This document shows positions 38,558-51,099 of a stretch of DNA of 64,000 bases, in pieces (the first letter of the stretch is position 1; every line of letters begins with the position of its first letter). A program made the position numbers and the translations under genes. The stretch covers positions 77,415,348-77,479,347 of the forward strand of contig JARDVH010000163.1 in the NCBI GenBank assembly GCA_030324005.1, in the 5' to 3' direction. Under the pieces are notes generated by a model. The model had not been told where the DNA came from. It made no database searches and saw only the letters and a list, made by a program, of their open reading frames with translations. The DNA is from Negaprion brevirostris (taxonomy: Eukaryota).

Positions 38558-39271
38558 ATGTCTGCAATACTGTGTACAGTTTTGATCTCCTTATTTAAGG
38601 AAGGATAAATACATTAGAAGCGCTAGAAGTTTCATCTGATTGATACCTGGGATTATCTAATGAGGAAAGGCTGGGCCTGTATACATTCAAGTTTGGAATA
38701 TTGAGAGGTGAAACACAAGATCCTTAGGAGAAGGAATCCTTAAGAGTCACCTGACAGAGTAGATACAGAAAGGATGTTTCCTCTTCTTGGGAGAGACAGG
38801 GACTCCCATTTAAAACAGATGAGAAGAAATATTTTCTCTTAGCAGGTTGAAAGTTGTTGGAATTCTACCCTGGATAGTAGTGAATGCAGATTCATTGAAC
38901 ATTTTAAAGACAGAAATTGATAGATTATTGACTAACAAAAGTGTCAAAAGCTTTTGGGATAGGCAGAATATGGAATTGAGACTGCAATCAGATCAACCGT
39001 AATCTTACTGAAAGACAGAGCAAGCTGAAGGGTTCGAAAAGCCTTCTGCTAATTTATATTTTCACATGTAGCTTCCCCGTAACTGCTTTTTGAAAAGGAT
39101 AGTTTGGAGACGAGCAATGGAACCAAACATTTCTCTAACCTTAGTTCCAAATTTTATTTGGCTTTTGGATCCTGAGATAACTAGCAAAGCTCAAATATGG
39201 TGAATCCACTGGCAATGTATTACTGGAATCACCCCAAATACAAATACTGGGTTTCCTCAAAGCTGGCGTTT

Positions 39272-39326
39272 GTTACCAAATAAACCTGTTGGACTTTAAC
39301 CTGATGTTATGAGATTTCTTACTGTG
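39272..39326 (+). mobile_element. Short Penelope-like terminal remnant
   Basis: gttaccaaataaacctgttggactttaacctgatgttatgagatttcttactgtg, same end as the other copies. Confidence 0.6.
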
Positions 39327-39358
39327 TTTCTTCAAAGCAGCAGCATCACATTCCTTAC

Positions 39359-39496
39359 CATCTGTGAGTTTTCTTCCCGGTAGTTGGCAGCAATGTCTTG
39401 ATTTTCCATGGCTCCAGCAAGGAGGCCAGTGGCGTAAGTTCTCAAAGGCTGATCGCTCTCTTTTGCCCACTTGAACAAGTTTTCAACAATCCCCTC
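39359..39496 (-). CDS. DCAF1: DCAF1 coding exon 5
   Basis: EGIVENLFKWAKESDQPLRTYATGLLAGAMENQDIAANYREENSQM; tag|...|GTAAGG; 138 nt. Confidence 0.95.
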
Positions 39497-40860
39497 CTAA
39501 AGAGAGAATAGCACAGCAGCAATGGATAAGAATTCTCTTAGTCAACAAATTCTCTCCCACAGTTCATTAAATGACTTAACACTGAAAATTAAGTGACCTA
39601 AATTGGATAATGAATGTTGGTTTAATTTTTTTTCATTGGTAGGGAAATAAGGCATTTGGGAATAATGTGGGAAATTGAGTTGAGGTAGATGAGCCATGGT
39701 AACACTGATGGTGAAGCAGGCTTTGGAAGCTGGGGTGGGGAGCAAATGATCCACTTCTGGGCCCATTTCTTATGTTTCATACTGAGTTCAACTTCTCTCA
39801 AAAGGCCATTTGTTGTGTGTGAGCTAAGACAGTATGTGCAGTCAGAATTTATGATGTNNNNNNNNNNNNNNNNNNNNNNNNNNNNNNNNNNNNNNNNNNN
39901 NNNNNNNNNNNNNNNNNNNNNNNNNNNNNNNNNNNNNNNNNNNNNNNNNNNNNNNNNNNNNNNNNNNNNNNNNNNNNNNNNNNNNNNNNNNNNNNNNNNN
40001 NNNNNNNNNNNNNNNNNNNNNNNNNNNNNNNNNNNNNNNNNNNNNNNNNNNNNNNNNNNNNNNNNNNNNNNNNNNNNNNNNNNNNNNNNNNNNNNNNNNN
40101 NNNNNNNNNNNNNNNNNNNNNNNNNNNNNNNNNNNNNNNNNNNNNNNNNNNNNNNNNNNNNNNNNNNNNNNNNNNNNNNNNNNNNNNNNNNNNNNNNNNN
40201 NNNNNNNNNNNNNNNNNNNNNNNNNNNNNNNNNNNNNNNNNNNNNNNNNNNNNNNNNNNNNNNNNNNNNNNNNNNNNNNNNNNNNNNNNNNNNNNNNNNN
40301 NNNNNNNNNNNNNNNNNNNNNNNNNNNNNNNNNNNNNNNNNNNNNNNNNNNNNNNNNNNNNNNNNNNNNNNNNNNNNNNNNNNNNNNNNNNNNNNNNNNN
40401 NNNNNNNNNNNNNNNNNNNNNNNNNNNNNNNNNNNNNNNNNNNNNNNNNNNNNNNNNNNNNNNNNNNNNNNNNNNNNNNNNNNNNNNNNNNNNNNNNNNN
40501 NNNNNNNNNNNNNNNNNNNNNNNNNNNNNNNNNNNNNNNNNNNNNNNNNNNNNNNNNNNNNACCCCCGTTTTAAGCAGCAATAAAAGGACATCTCCAGTC
40601 TAGCCACCAACAATGATATCAGCTGAATCACAGAGAGCATGATTTAAAAAAAAAACTCTTAAACGTACACTAACATCACAATGGTCATCAACAATGCTAC
40701 AGATGTGGATGCTTCAATTAATCTAATATATGATAAAGCTGAATGCTGTGCCCTTCATCACTTGATGACTGTAAGATCAGTTTACCATTTTAATATTTCA
40801 TAAACAGGATACAACCCAACAGGCGAACATCCTCACTCTCAACAGCATCCTTCCTCCTAC

Positions 40861-40974
40861 CTTCTCCTGAAAGACAACAGCAGTTTCTAGTCCTGGCATG
40901 ATATCCAACAGGAGACGGCATGCTGACGTATTGACTGAAGGATCTCTACTGGTCATCACGTACGTATTCACCAA
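40861..40974 (-). CDS. DCAF1: DCAF1 coding exon 4
   Basis: LVNTYVMTSRDPSVNTSACRLLLDIMPGLETAVVFQEK; cag|...|GTAGGA; 114 nt. Confidence 0.95.
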
Positions 40975-41524
40975 CTGTCCAGGGATCAAAGATAGAGGAA
41001 ATGAGGAAAAATAAAATTAAAATATGTAAAGGAAACAAGTGTATGTTTTTCTGCTCACAAACAAATGGCACAGTGGCTTAGTATTGAACTTTTTCTAAAA
41101 TACTCCTTCGCACCCTCTCCATTTTATTAGCTAAAGGCAGCATGAGATTCAATCCTGTGAAATGTAAACTTCATGAACAGTTGTTTAATCATATCTAGAA
41201 TAGCTGAGCCGGAAGACATGGCCTGTGCTTGAATGGTGTTAAATTTAAGACAAATCTGCAGAATCACTGGCCTCAATTTTAACACCCCACTCTTCCTCAC
41301 ACTCCCCAAACCTCTACTGAACATGGAGATATCAGGATCACAATCTCGTTTCTACCTGCTGAAGTCTTGCCAGGCCATGAGTGATAGACAAGGCCTAATT
41401 AACATACCAAAGTCACAGCCCAGTGACTTCACTGGTGCAGGAACTTAAATTTATCAGCAAGCAATGGAAGGCCTGGCTTGTTGGATTTCCAGCAACTGAT
41501 CTTTCTTATTTTATATATTTTTTT

Positions 41525-43940
41525 CTTTAGTGCAGTAGGAGGCCCATTGAGTCTATACCAACTCTTTGAGAGAGCAACTTATCCACACCAGTCTCTCCCC
41601 CTATCCCCGCAACCTCGCACATTTACCATGGCGAATCCACTTAACCTGCACATCTTTGGACTGTGGGAGGAAACTGGAGCACCCGAAGGAAACCCACATA
41701 GACATGATGAGAACATGCAAACTCCACAGAGTCACCCAAGTCTGGAACTGAACATAGATTCCTGGCTCTTTGCTAGCCACTGTGCAACATGCTGCCCTGA
41801 GGCAAGAGCTACCAACTCCCCAAAATGTCTCTTTCAGCACATCTTACAAGCTGGAGCAGAAATATTAATTCTTCAGAAGCCTTTGGCCTCCTTGAACCCA
41901 CATCACCAACCTCCACCCTCAGCTTTCCTGACTGGGAGGCTCACCCTAAGTTGGACTTCCTATGCTCATAGTTGATCTCAAAGATATTGTTTCTATGAAC
42001 AATTTGATTGGATTTATTGTCACATGTATTAGTATACTGTGAAAAGTACTGTTTCTTGTGCACTAGACAAAGCATACCATTCATAGAGAAGGCAAGGAGA
42101 GTGTGCAGAATATAATGTTACAGTCATAACTAGGGTGTAGAGAAAGATCAACTTAATGCAAGGTAAGTCCATTCAAAAGTCTGAAGGCAGCAGGGAAGAA
42201 GCTGTTTTTGAGTCAGTTGGTACATGACCTCAGACTTTTGTATCTTTTTCCCAATGGAAGAAGGTGGAAAAGAGAATGTTTAGGGTGCATGGGATCCTTA
42301 ATTATGTTGGCAGCTTGGTCGAGGCAATGGGAAGTGTAGACAGAGTCAATGGATGGGAGGATAGTTTGCGTGATGGATTGGGCTACTTCACAACCTTTTG
42401 TAGTTCCTTGCGGTCTTGGGCAACAAGGATTTATCACCACCTAATCCCTATAGTGTAGAAAGAGGCCATCTGGCCCATCAAGTCTGCGCCAATTCTCCAA
42501 AATAACACCCCAACCCAGGCCCTCCCCATCCCAACACATTTACTGCCTAGCCTGCACATCTCTGTATATTCAGGGGCAATTTAGTATGACCGATCCATCT
42601 AACCAGTATATCTTTGGAATGTGGGAGAAAAAAACCGTAGCACCTGCAGAAAACCCATGCAGACATGGGGAAAATGTGCAAACTCTACACAAACAGCTAC
42701 CAAAGGCCAGAATTGAACCCAGGTCCCTGGCGCTGTGAGCCAGACCACTGTACCAATGTGCCACCCAAAACATTAATTTTTTTAAAATATTAATGCTTCC
42801 ACTGTGTCCATGCTCTGGGGAGAACTCCCATGCATCTGACACGTGAGCCTTTAAGTAGCCATGTCACCATGTGCCCACTTGGTTTATAGGTGCGATCTTT
42901 CAGATATTAGACGGAGGCCTCTTCTGTATATTCGGCGTATGTTTAAGATCTCAAGCTTCTACTTTATTGAAGAACGGAGTGGTGCTAACTTTGTGAAGGG
43001 TGCTATATAAATGCAAAGCAATTCCAGTGTAAAAGTGATCACAGAGGCAGTTGTAGAGAGTTCAATTGGATCCACCCTGAGATTTTTGGGCAGGTTGCTC
43101 CCTCTTATGGTATAATTGGGCAATTGACACCCATGAAATTTTCATGACTCTTTCTTGGAACATGAGCATCGCCGGCAAGGCTAGCCATTATTGTCCATCT
43201 CTAATTCCCCTTGAGAAGGTGGTGTTCAGCTGTCTTCTTGAACCACTGAACTCCATGTGGTGCAATTACACTCTCAGCACTATTTCCTGTGGCTGTTTGA
43301 ATGGCTTAATTTCAGAGGACAATCAAGTGTCAACTACATTGCTATGGGACTGCAGTCGCATGTAGGCTAGACTGCGTGAGGAGGGCAAATTTCTTCTCCT
43401 GGAGGGCATTAGTGAATTAGATGGGTCCTTATAAAAAGACAGTAATTTCATGATCATTATTAATGAGCCTACCATTTTATTCTAGATTTGTTAATTCATT
43501 GAATATATATTTCCCCCAGTTGCCATGGTGGGATTTTAACTGGTGCATTCATTCTAGAATATTGCAATGTTGCAACAATTCCTGGATGTTTTGGATGTCT
43601 ATTAGTTTTTGACCCCTTTTCTGAAACACAATATAATAACTGGGGATTGATTTTCATAGAATCAAAGAATCCCTACAGTGCCATTTGGCCCACCAACTCT
43701 GCACCAGCAACATTTCCACCCAGGCCCTATCCCTGTAATCCCATGTATTGACCCTGCTTATCCCTCAATACTAGGGTCAATTTAGCATGGCCAATCTACT
43801 TAAACTGCACATCTTTGGAACGTGGGAAGAAACCAGGGCACCTGAAGGAAGCCCACACAGACACAGGGAGAAAGTACAAACTCCACACAGGCAGTGACCC
43901 GAGGTCGGAATTAAACTGGACCTCTGATGCTGTGCCACAA
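41525..43940 (-). mobile_element. Cluster of three HE1-type SINEs (about 41525-41795, 42445-42765, 43655-43940)
   Basis: Each carries cacatctttgga.tgtggga..aaa...gcac...gaaa.cca...agaca...caaactc.acac. Confidence 0.8.
42002..42428 (-). mobile_element. Rex1/Babar-like LINE 3' end
   Basis: ORF 42213-42440 LPSIDSVYTSHCL..AANIIKDP.HP.HSLFHLLP.GKRYKSLR; other copies 35685-35830, 44042-44195, and an RT scrap at 51100-51170. Confidence 0.75.
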
Positions 43941-46532
43941 TNNNNNNNNNNNNNNNNNNNNNNNNNNNNNNNNNNNNNNNNNNNNNNNNNNNNNNNNNNN
44001 NNNNNNNNNNNNNNNNNNNNNNNNNNNNNNNNNNNNNNNNNAACTTAATGCAAGGTAAGTCCATTCAAAAGTCTGAAGGCAGCAGGGAAGAAGCTGTTTT
44101 TGAGTCGGTTGGTACGTGATCTCAGACTTTTGTATTTTTCCCCAATGGCAAAAGGTGGAAGAGAATGTGTCTGGGATGCATGGGGTCCTTAATTACAAGC
44201 AACAAACAAGTGGTCAATCTAGAATGACCTTCAGAGATACAGTTCACCTGCTGAGAATGCAGGCTAATAATCGATTTTAGCTAGGGATCAGTTTGTTTTC
44301 ATCTGAGTTGATGCATTTTTTAAATTTACTTTTCTCCCCATGGAGTTTCAGAATAGGGCTTTAATTAGGTTGATTGTCAGTTATGTGCTTAAAGGGAGGA
44401 GCTAAGCTTACAGAGAAAAGCAGGCAGTTACTGCCAGGTTCTGAAAGAAGAAAGAGGTGTCTCTCGCTCTCCCTTGGCTACTGTTTGGGATCTGCTAGGA
44501 GAAACAGCTCAGTCTATCTCTCTCTCTCCCCACAGGTATCCTGGAGGCTCAAGAACTGGCAGTTCAAGTACACAGTAAGCTTGTCTGCTGCTAACTGATA
44601 CTAAAGAGTTTAAATCTATGAGAGAAATAGTTCTTGAATTAGAACTAATTAGAAGTAGGTTAGCAGTTAAGAATTGTATCTTATGTTCAAGTATTTCAAT
44701 TGGTACAAGTTAAGCCAATTCATTTGTTATTAGTTAAACTGTACTGTTAAATAAAGTTTGTTTTAATAAAAGCTTCCTAATATGTCAATAGAATCACATC
44801 TGGAGTGAAACACCTTGGGTGGAATTGGGGAGGGGGGGGGGTAAGGTGTAGACTATGTGAAGGTCCATTGACAACAGGCAGGATTTTCTGGTCTTGGGGT
44901 GATTATCGCCAGAAAATCCGACTCTTTATTCCCACACTAATGCCAAAATAGAAAAAAACTGTTGGGATCTAGTTGGGTTTCTGATCCAAACTTTAATGTC
45001 GTCTGTATGATTCTTCATTAAAAAATATACTAAACTGATCTCAACATCTTACTCTTCACCTTTGTCCTGTTTCTTCTTCTTCAAGTATCCTCTACCCTTT
45101 CTATGAAAAACGTAGTGGTTGCTGCGTCAACTACTCTCAGCGGTAAGGCAATCCACTTGCCAAGAAGACAGCTTAAATATAAATTCCTAACCCTGCCTCA
45201 CTCAATTATAATTCTAAATTGATAACTCCTTCTCCTTCCACAGAGAAAATCTACAAGTTCACAATATAAAATTCCTTCACAATGCCAGGATTTTCACCTG
45301 TACTATTAATCCCAGACATCCATTCTCAGTGCTGATCATTAACCCCACCCTACTCTCTACCCCATTATCCATTGTACCACCAGCATTGTTTTTATTTTAA
45401 AATGCCTCTTCTAATCAAAGTTATTTTCTTTTTTCATCCAGGGAAAGTGGGCGGGCGGAAGAACGAGAACTGGTGCAGTTGCACTTGTGCACAATCAATG
45501 CTACTTTAGATTGGCTGATTAGGAAGAACAGGAGAACAGGCCAAAGAGGATCCTCAAGCGATTTCATTCTCTTTTTGGAACAGAAGCTGTGTGATATCAG
45601 AGGAAAAAAGAGACCCAAATTCACTTCCTCCCACTGTGTTGTTATTGGATTTAACATCTATAGCATTGAAATTTATTTTGCTGTCAAACTCTATTTTCTG
45701 TGATGAGGGGGGTGCTATGACTGTTAGTAGTTCACTATGCATATGTACCATGATGTCCCCATCAACATCCATTACCCTGAGGCAAAGTTGTGAACCCCTC
45801 CAATCACAGAACTGTCTCCCACTACAAGTTCAAAGGAAAAAAGGAAAATTACTACTGTTTCGCCTCATTATCAAAACCAAAAGAATAGTTAATCAGTTTC
45901 CCAAATTAAAAAAAAAATTGTCCTATGGTTTAAAAAAAAAATTGGCTATCTACACAATAGAATGTGGTTACTTTTGATTGGTTTATCTTAACTGGTTTTG
46001 CAAACTGGAAATCACCTGCATCCTAGAACAGCTCCATTAAAGATAGATGAACTTTGATATGAGAGTGTGGGTACAAGGAAACCAAGGGTGTTGGAAGCAG
46101 ATTATCATTCAGAGAATCAGCTGAATACTTGAACAAAAAATTACAGAACAGTATGGAAAGAGCAGACAAATGGGATTAATTGGCTTGCAGTACCAAAGAG
46201 CTGGCACAAACACAATGAAATGAATGGCCTCCTTCTGTGCTGCGAGAATCAGAATGGCTCAGAAAGAAGCTATATGGCCCATCAAATCCAGGCCAGCATG
46301 CTGTAGAACAATCTAATCAGCTTCAGACGCCTGCTCCAGGCCAATAGCTCTCTCAAGTATCATCCAATCTCCTTTTGAAATTATTGATCATTTTTGCTTC
46401 CATCACCTAAGTACGCAATGTATCATTCTATGGTTAGAAGAATTTGGACTTCAAATAGTTGCACCTCATCTATGATTCTGCCCAAGTTTGCTTTTTGCTG
46501 CACTCGCATTACTTAGCAATAGACATACATAC

Positions 46533-46606
46533 CGAATTCATAAAATCATCATTTTTGAAGAGTATTTTTAACAGATGTCCAAGTCTACATTCTGGATCTG
46601 CTCGAC
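46533..46606 (-). CDS. DCAF1: DCAF1 coding exon 3
   Basis: tttttcag|GT; RADPECRLGHLLKILFKNDDFMNS|GTATGT; 74 nt. Confidence 0.95.
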
Positions 46607-47084
46607 CTGAAAAAAAAATTATCTGCACGTTACAAAGACTAGCACATTTTTTATATTAGGTTCCAGCAATCAAAGCTTAATAACTATTGATCAAGGTCAA
46701 TTGAGTTTCATGTAGGGGTCAACCTGATATTTTACATCAATCCCAGGCAGAAGTGATACTTTTGCAAGAATGCCCAGAAATTGATTAGTAACATTTCCAG
46801 ATTTTGAGAGAGTTCAGCAACTTAAAGTTTAAAAAATGTTTCAAGTTGGATGGATTCTATAAGAGTTGTCTCTCTTTCAGACAAGCAGACAGCACAGCAC
46901 AGCACAGCACAGGAGACCACTGGCCGAACCTCTGAAGAAGCTGCACAATTACTCATACTCCACTTAGGGGGCCAAGAAAGGTACATTGTTTCAAAGCACC
47001 AGTGGCAGATCAACTATATAAGTTGAGATAATGCAGTAAATTTGTTAGCGTGATGACTGTAGCTGCTATAGATATGTATATATA

Positions 47085-47741
47085 TAGTTTTCTAATGTTT
47101 ATGGGGAATGTTTTAAAATTGAGCTGTTTTTCACACGCGGTCAGTATTTATGGAATGAATACAGCTCAGATGCTGGGAGAGCAGGATAACTACTCGTTTC
47201 AGCCATGAAGTGTTTACTTATGAGAGAGATGATGGCTTTTGTTTATAGATGAAGATTTCTCCTGGGGTTTTTGATTAGGTTGATTGACAGTGACATGTGG
47301 TAAGGTAATAAAGAAGGAGCTAAATCTGTAGCAGAATAACAGCTTTCAGTTGTGGCTGGGGTTTGTTTAAAGACAGGTCTGCAAACTGCTCAAACTCAAT
47401 CTCGCTCCGAAACCTTCAAGACTGTTTATACCCCTTACAGCAAGTAAGTGAAACTTTAAGTCTGTATGAGAACATTGCTTACTTAGAACTGAAAGTGTTA
47501 AGTTAGAAATTAAAGTTGTTTTTTTTTAAACTATTGTTCTTTTGTTAAGAGTTAAATTACCTCATTTTGTTAGTTATATGTAAATTGTATTGTGAAATAA
47601 AGTTTGTTATACTCTAAAAGATCCCTAATTTGTTAGCGGAATTATTCCTGGAATGAAACATCCTATCCTTATATTTATACCAAAAAAGAAAAATTGTTGG
47701 CTTCCTAATATAATTTGGGATTTTAGTCCAGGGCCCTAACA
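47085..47741 (+). mobile_element. Solo-LTR-like repeat (related copies about 14850-15752, 26660-27438, 44200-44998, 53860-54387)
   Basis: Shared 3' block aataaagtttgtt...tccctaatttg...ctggaatgaaacatcc...ccaaaatagaaaa...ending in taaca. Confidence 0.55.
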
Positions 47742-47994
47742 TTAAGAAAATTAATGCATTTCAGTTATGCTATAACATTACCAGTTCAACATGTGAAACA
47801 AAATGGGTCTTAGCCAGAGGAATCCCTCCAAACTCACTTTCAGTTTGCAGCCACCTGGGTGAGGCTCATGGCTTAGGAACCAGCAGCACAGGTGATCATT
47901 CTTGAGCAAGAGGTTTCAGTCATTACTTCAAAAGTACCTCACTGTACGTGGAATATGTTAGGCAATCTCATTGCACTGCTAGTACTAGTTCCCA

Positions 47995-49600
47995 GAGCAC
48001 AAACGACAAAAGGAGCAGGCCTTTCAAGCTAGCTCCACCATTCAATAAAACCATGAATGATCTTGAATCTCAAATCATCTTCCAATGCTTACCCACACTT
48101 CTTGATTCCCTTGGTAACCAAAAACCGATGTATTGGTTTTTAATATACTCACTAACGGAACATTTTCAGCTCCCAGGATAGATAGAGAATTTCAAAGGAT
48201 TCACAACGGAGTGAAGAAATTTCTCCTGCTCAATCCTGAATGAGACTATGATCCCGAGCTGTAGACAATCCAACCAAAGGAAACATCCTCCCAGCATGTA
48301 CTGTGACAAATCCCTTAAGTTTGTATGTTTCAATTAGTTTGCCCTCACTCTTCACTCAAGTGAATACAGACCAGTTGACTCAATTTCTCTTCATAGGATA
48401 AATCATACATTCCAGAAATAGTTTTGGTGCAACGGTTGTTGCATTCCCTCTTAAGGCAAGTATACTCTTCCCTAGATAAGGGGAGGATACACAATTCTCC
48501 TAATATAATTGAAATCTTCTTTACTCTTACACTCCCATCCTTTTGTTTTAAAGGTGAACAGACACTTCATATTCTCCACCGTGCACTTCACCTGCATGTT
48601 AGCTTTATGATTTGTGTACAAGGGCACCTATTTCTCTCTGAATACCAACATTTCCCATCTCTTACCATTTAAAAACACTCCACTTTTTTCTTACCAATTG
48701 GCTAACTTCGCACTTCTCCACATTATATTCCATCTGCCACATTCTTGTTCACTCACTTAACTCACCTAATAGCAGCATCTGCATTCTCCCTAACCTCTTT
48801 CTCATAGGAGGCGGCCATTTGGCCCATCAAGTTTGCACATCAACAATTCCACCCAAGTTCTTACCCAGTAAATCCTATGTATCTACCCTGCCACCAAGTG
48901 ACAGTTTTACATGGCCAATCAACCTAACCTGCACATCTTTGCACCGTGGGAGGAAACCGGAGCACCCGTAGGAAACCCACACAGACACACAGAGCACATG
49001 CAAACTTCACACAGACAGTGACCGAAGCTGGAAGTGAACCAGGGTCCCTGGTGTGTGATCCAAGCTTGTGTTTTTAAATGATAACTTTTCTGTTTGTAAT
49101 CACTCACCTAACCTTTGCATCAGCAGCAAACTTGGATACATTGTTCTCCATTCCCTCATCTAAATCATTGATAGGGATTGTAAGTAGCAATCATTGATAC
49201 GGATTTTAATTGGCAAAAACCCAAACATTGATCCCTGTGATATCCTATTAATTATAGTCTGTCAACCTGAAAATGACCCATTCACTCCTACTTTGTTTTC
49301 TATCCATTAATTAATCCTTAATCCATGCCAATATTACCATGACCTTTATTTGTCTAACACTTAGGTAGCACCTTATCAAATTTTTTAAAAATTCAAATAA
49401 ACTGGTTTTCCTCTCACCTACCATGCCAGCTACACTTCAAAAACTAATTCCCTTCCTTAAATCTCTGTTAAATCTGATCAATATTAGGATTCTTGAAGTG
49501 CCCTGTTACCAAACTCTCTAATAACTGATTTCCTTATTATTGATGTCAAGACAAATAGTCTGCTGTTGTTCATTTTCTCTCTCCCTCTTTCCTTGAATAG
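47995..49600 (-). mobile_element. Old CR1 LINE (minus) with an internal HE1-type SINE at about 48805-49060
   Basis: Reverse-complement CR1 tail at 48005-48065 followed by RT-region remnants. Confidence 0.7.
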
Positions 49601-49724
49601 TTACAATTGCTACCAATGGCAACTCAGGAACAATGGAGTAGCAGCACAATTATACAATTGGCTATTTGGAGTTTTGCAATGAGTCCACTTGAAATCACGC
49701 ACTAAACATATGCTTTCCCTGGAA

Positions 49725-50231
49725 GTTCTTTTCATGTACCTAACAAGTAAAATGAACTCAAATTAACTTAGGGACAAATTAAGAGGGGCAGCCCCCAAAA
49801 AGGGAAGACGGCCCAAACAGAAACCAAAGTCCAAAGGAAACTTAAAACATTAAATCAAAATGTGATTATAAGGGCCTAAAACACACACCAGCCCCGGCGG
49901 GCCCAGAAGGTGCCAACCCCGCCCATGGACACCGCACGCTCCCACTCCAGGGACACCAGGCCGCGAACGTAGCCGCAGTAGAGGGTCAGGCAGTCGGGAT
50001 GGACAGCCCTGTCGATCGGCCGCTGCCTGGACCTACTGATGGCACGTCTCGCCAGGCCTAGGAGCAGGTTCACGAGGAGGTCAGCGTCCCGATACGCCCC
50101 TCTCCGCACCAGGTGCCTGTAGATCAGGAGCGTGGGACGGAAGTGCAAACAAAACATCAATAAAAGGTGTTTGAGAAAACCAAAAAGGGTGTGCAATCTA
50201 TAACACAAAACATAGACATGGTCCACAGACT
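49725..50231 (-). mobile_element. Tx1-like (L1-clade) retrotransposon, 5'-truncated 3' end
   Basis: ORF 49876-50226 (DHVYVLCYRLHTLF...LHFRPTLLIY...DLLVNLLLGLARRAI.RSR) resembles the recalled C-terminus of Xenopus Tx1 ORF2; CpG-rich; imperfect 16-bp TSD at 49709-49724 and 50232-50247. Confidence 0.75.
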
Positions 50232-50752
50232 TATGCTCTCTCTGGAAACTACATAGTCACCAAGTGAACAGGAACATGTCTCCAGTTAACTGAACAAAGG
50301 GAGATTCTCTGTGTTACTGCTTCTTAATCACAACACTATATTTTATTTTTCCAAAACATTTTTGAAGTGTTCTGCTCATGTCACTGGTATGATTACCTAG
50401 TCTGAGAAACAAAAGCAATTGAATTAGGTTTTTATTCCAGCAAATAGGTTTTAACCATTTAAGAGAGTGTCTTAATGATGCATTTTCATTCAATTCATTC
50501 ACGGGAAAGTGGCTAGCGCTGTCTGCGTGGGTTTCCTTCAAGTTTCCCTCCACAATCCAAAGATGGGCGGGTTAGGTTGATTGGCCATGCTAAATTGTCC
50601 CTTAATGTCTGGGGATTAGCGGGGTAAATATGTGGGATTACGGGAATAGGGCCTGGGTGGAATTGTGGCCGGTGCAGAATTGATGGGCCGAATGGCCTCC
50701 TTCTGCATTGTAGGGATTCTACAGTTCTGAATGGAGCCGTGTTAATAGTCAT

Positions 50753-51099
50753 GGGCGGCACGGTAGCACAGTGGTTAGCACTGCTGCTTTACAGCTCCAG
50801 GTCCTGGGTTCGATTCCCGTCTCGGGTCACTGTCTGTGTGGAGTTTGCACATTCTCCTCGTGTCTGTGTGGGTTTCCTCTGAGTACTCCGGTTTCCTCCC
50901 ACAGTCCAAAGATGTGCGGGTTAGGTTAATTGGCCATGCTAAGAAATTGCCCCTTAGTGTCCAGGGTTGTGTAGATTAGCGGGATTAGTGGGTATAATAT
51001 GTAGGGATGTAGGGGTAGGGCCTGGGTGGGATTGTGTTTGGTGCAGACTCGATGGACCGAAAGGCCTCTTTCTGCATTGTAGGGTTCTATGATTCGATG
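50753..51099 (+). mobile_element. Full-length HE1-type V-SINE (truncated copy adjacent at about 50515-50725)
   Basis: tRNA-like head gggcggcacggtagcacagtggttagcac...gggttcgattccc with A/B boxes; central ggttaggttaattggccatgct; CR1-like tail. Confidence 0.88.

Larger units (their letters stand above)
36060..39065 (+). mobile_element. Old CR1 LINE interrupted by a SINE, a Penelope end and a DNA transposon
   Basis: Colinear CR1 RT-to-tail fragments (TSGRPQESVLGPQLF; tail about 38985-39065) around three insertions. Confidence 0.8.

Noticed and set aside
39622-40640. Long ORFs across N runs (also 7043-7665)
   Set aside because: Open only because N translates as X.
50753-50825. tRNA-like sequence with A and B boxes
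   Set aside because: Head of an HE1-type SINE, not a tRNA gene.
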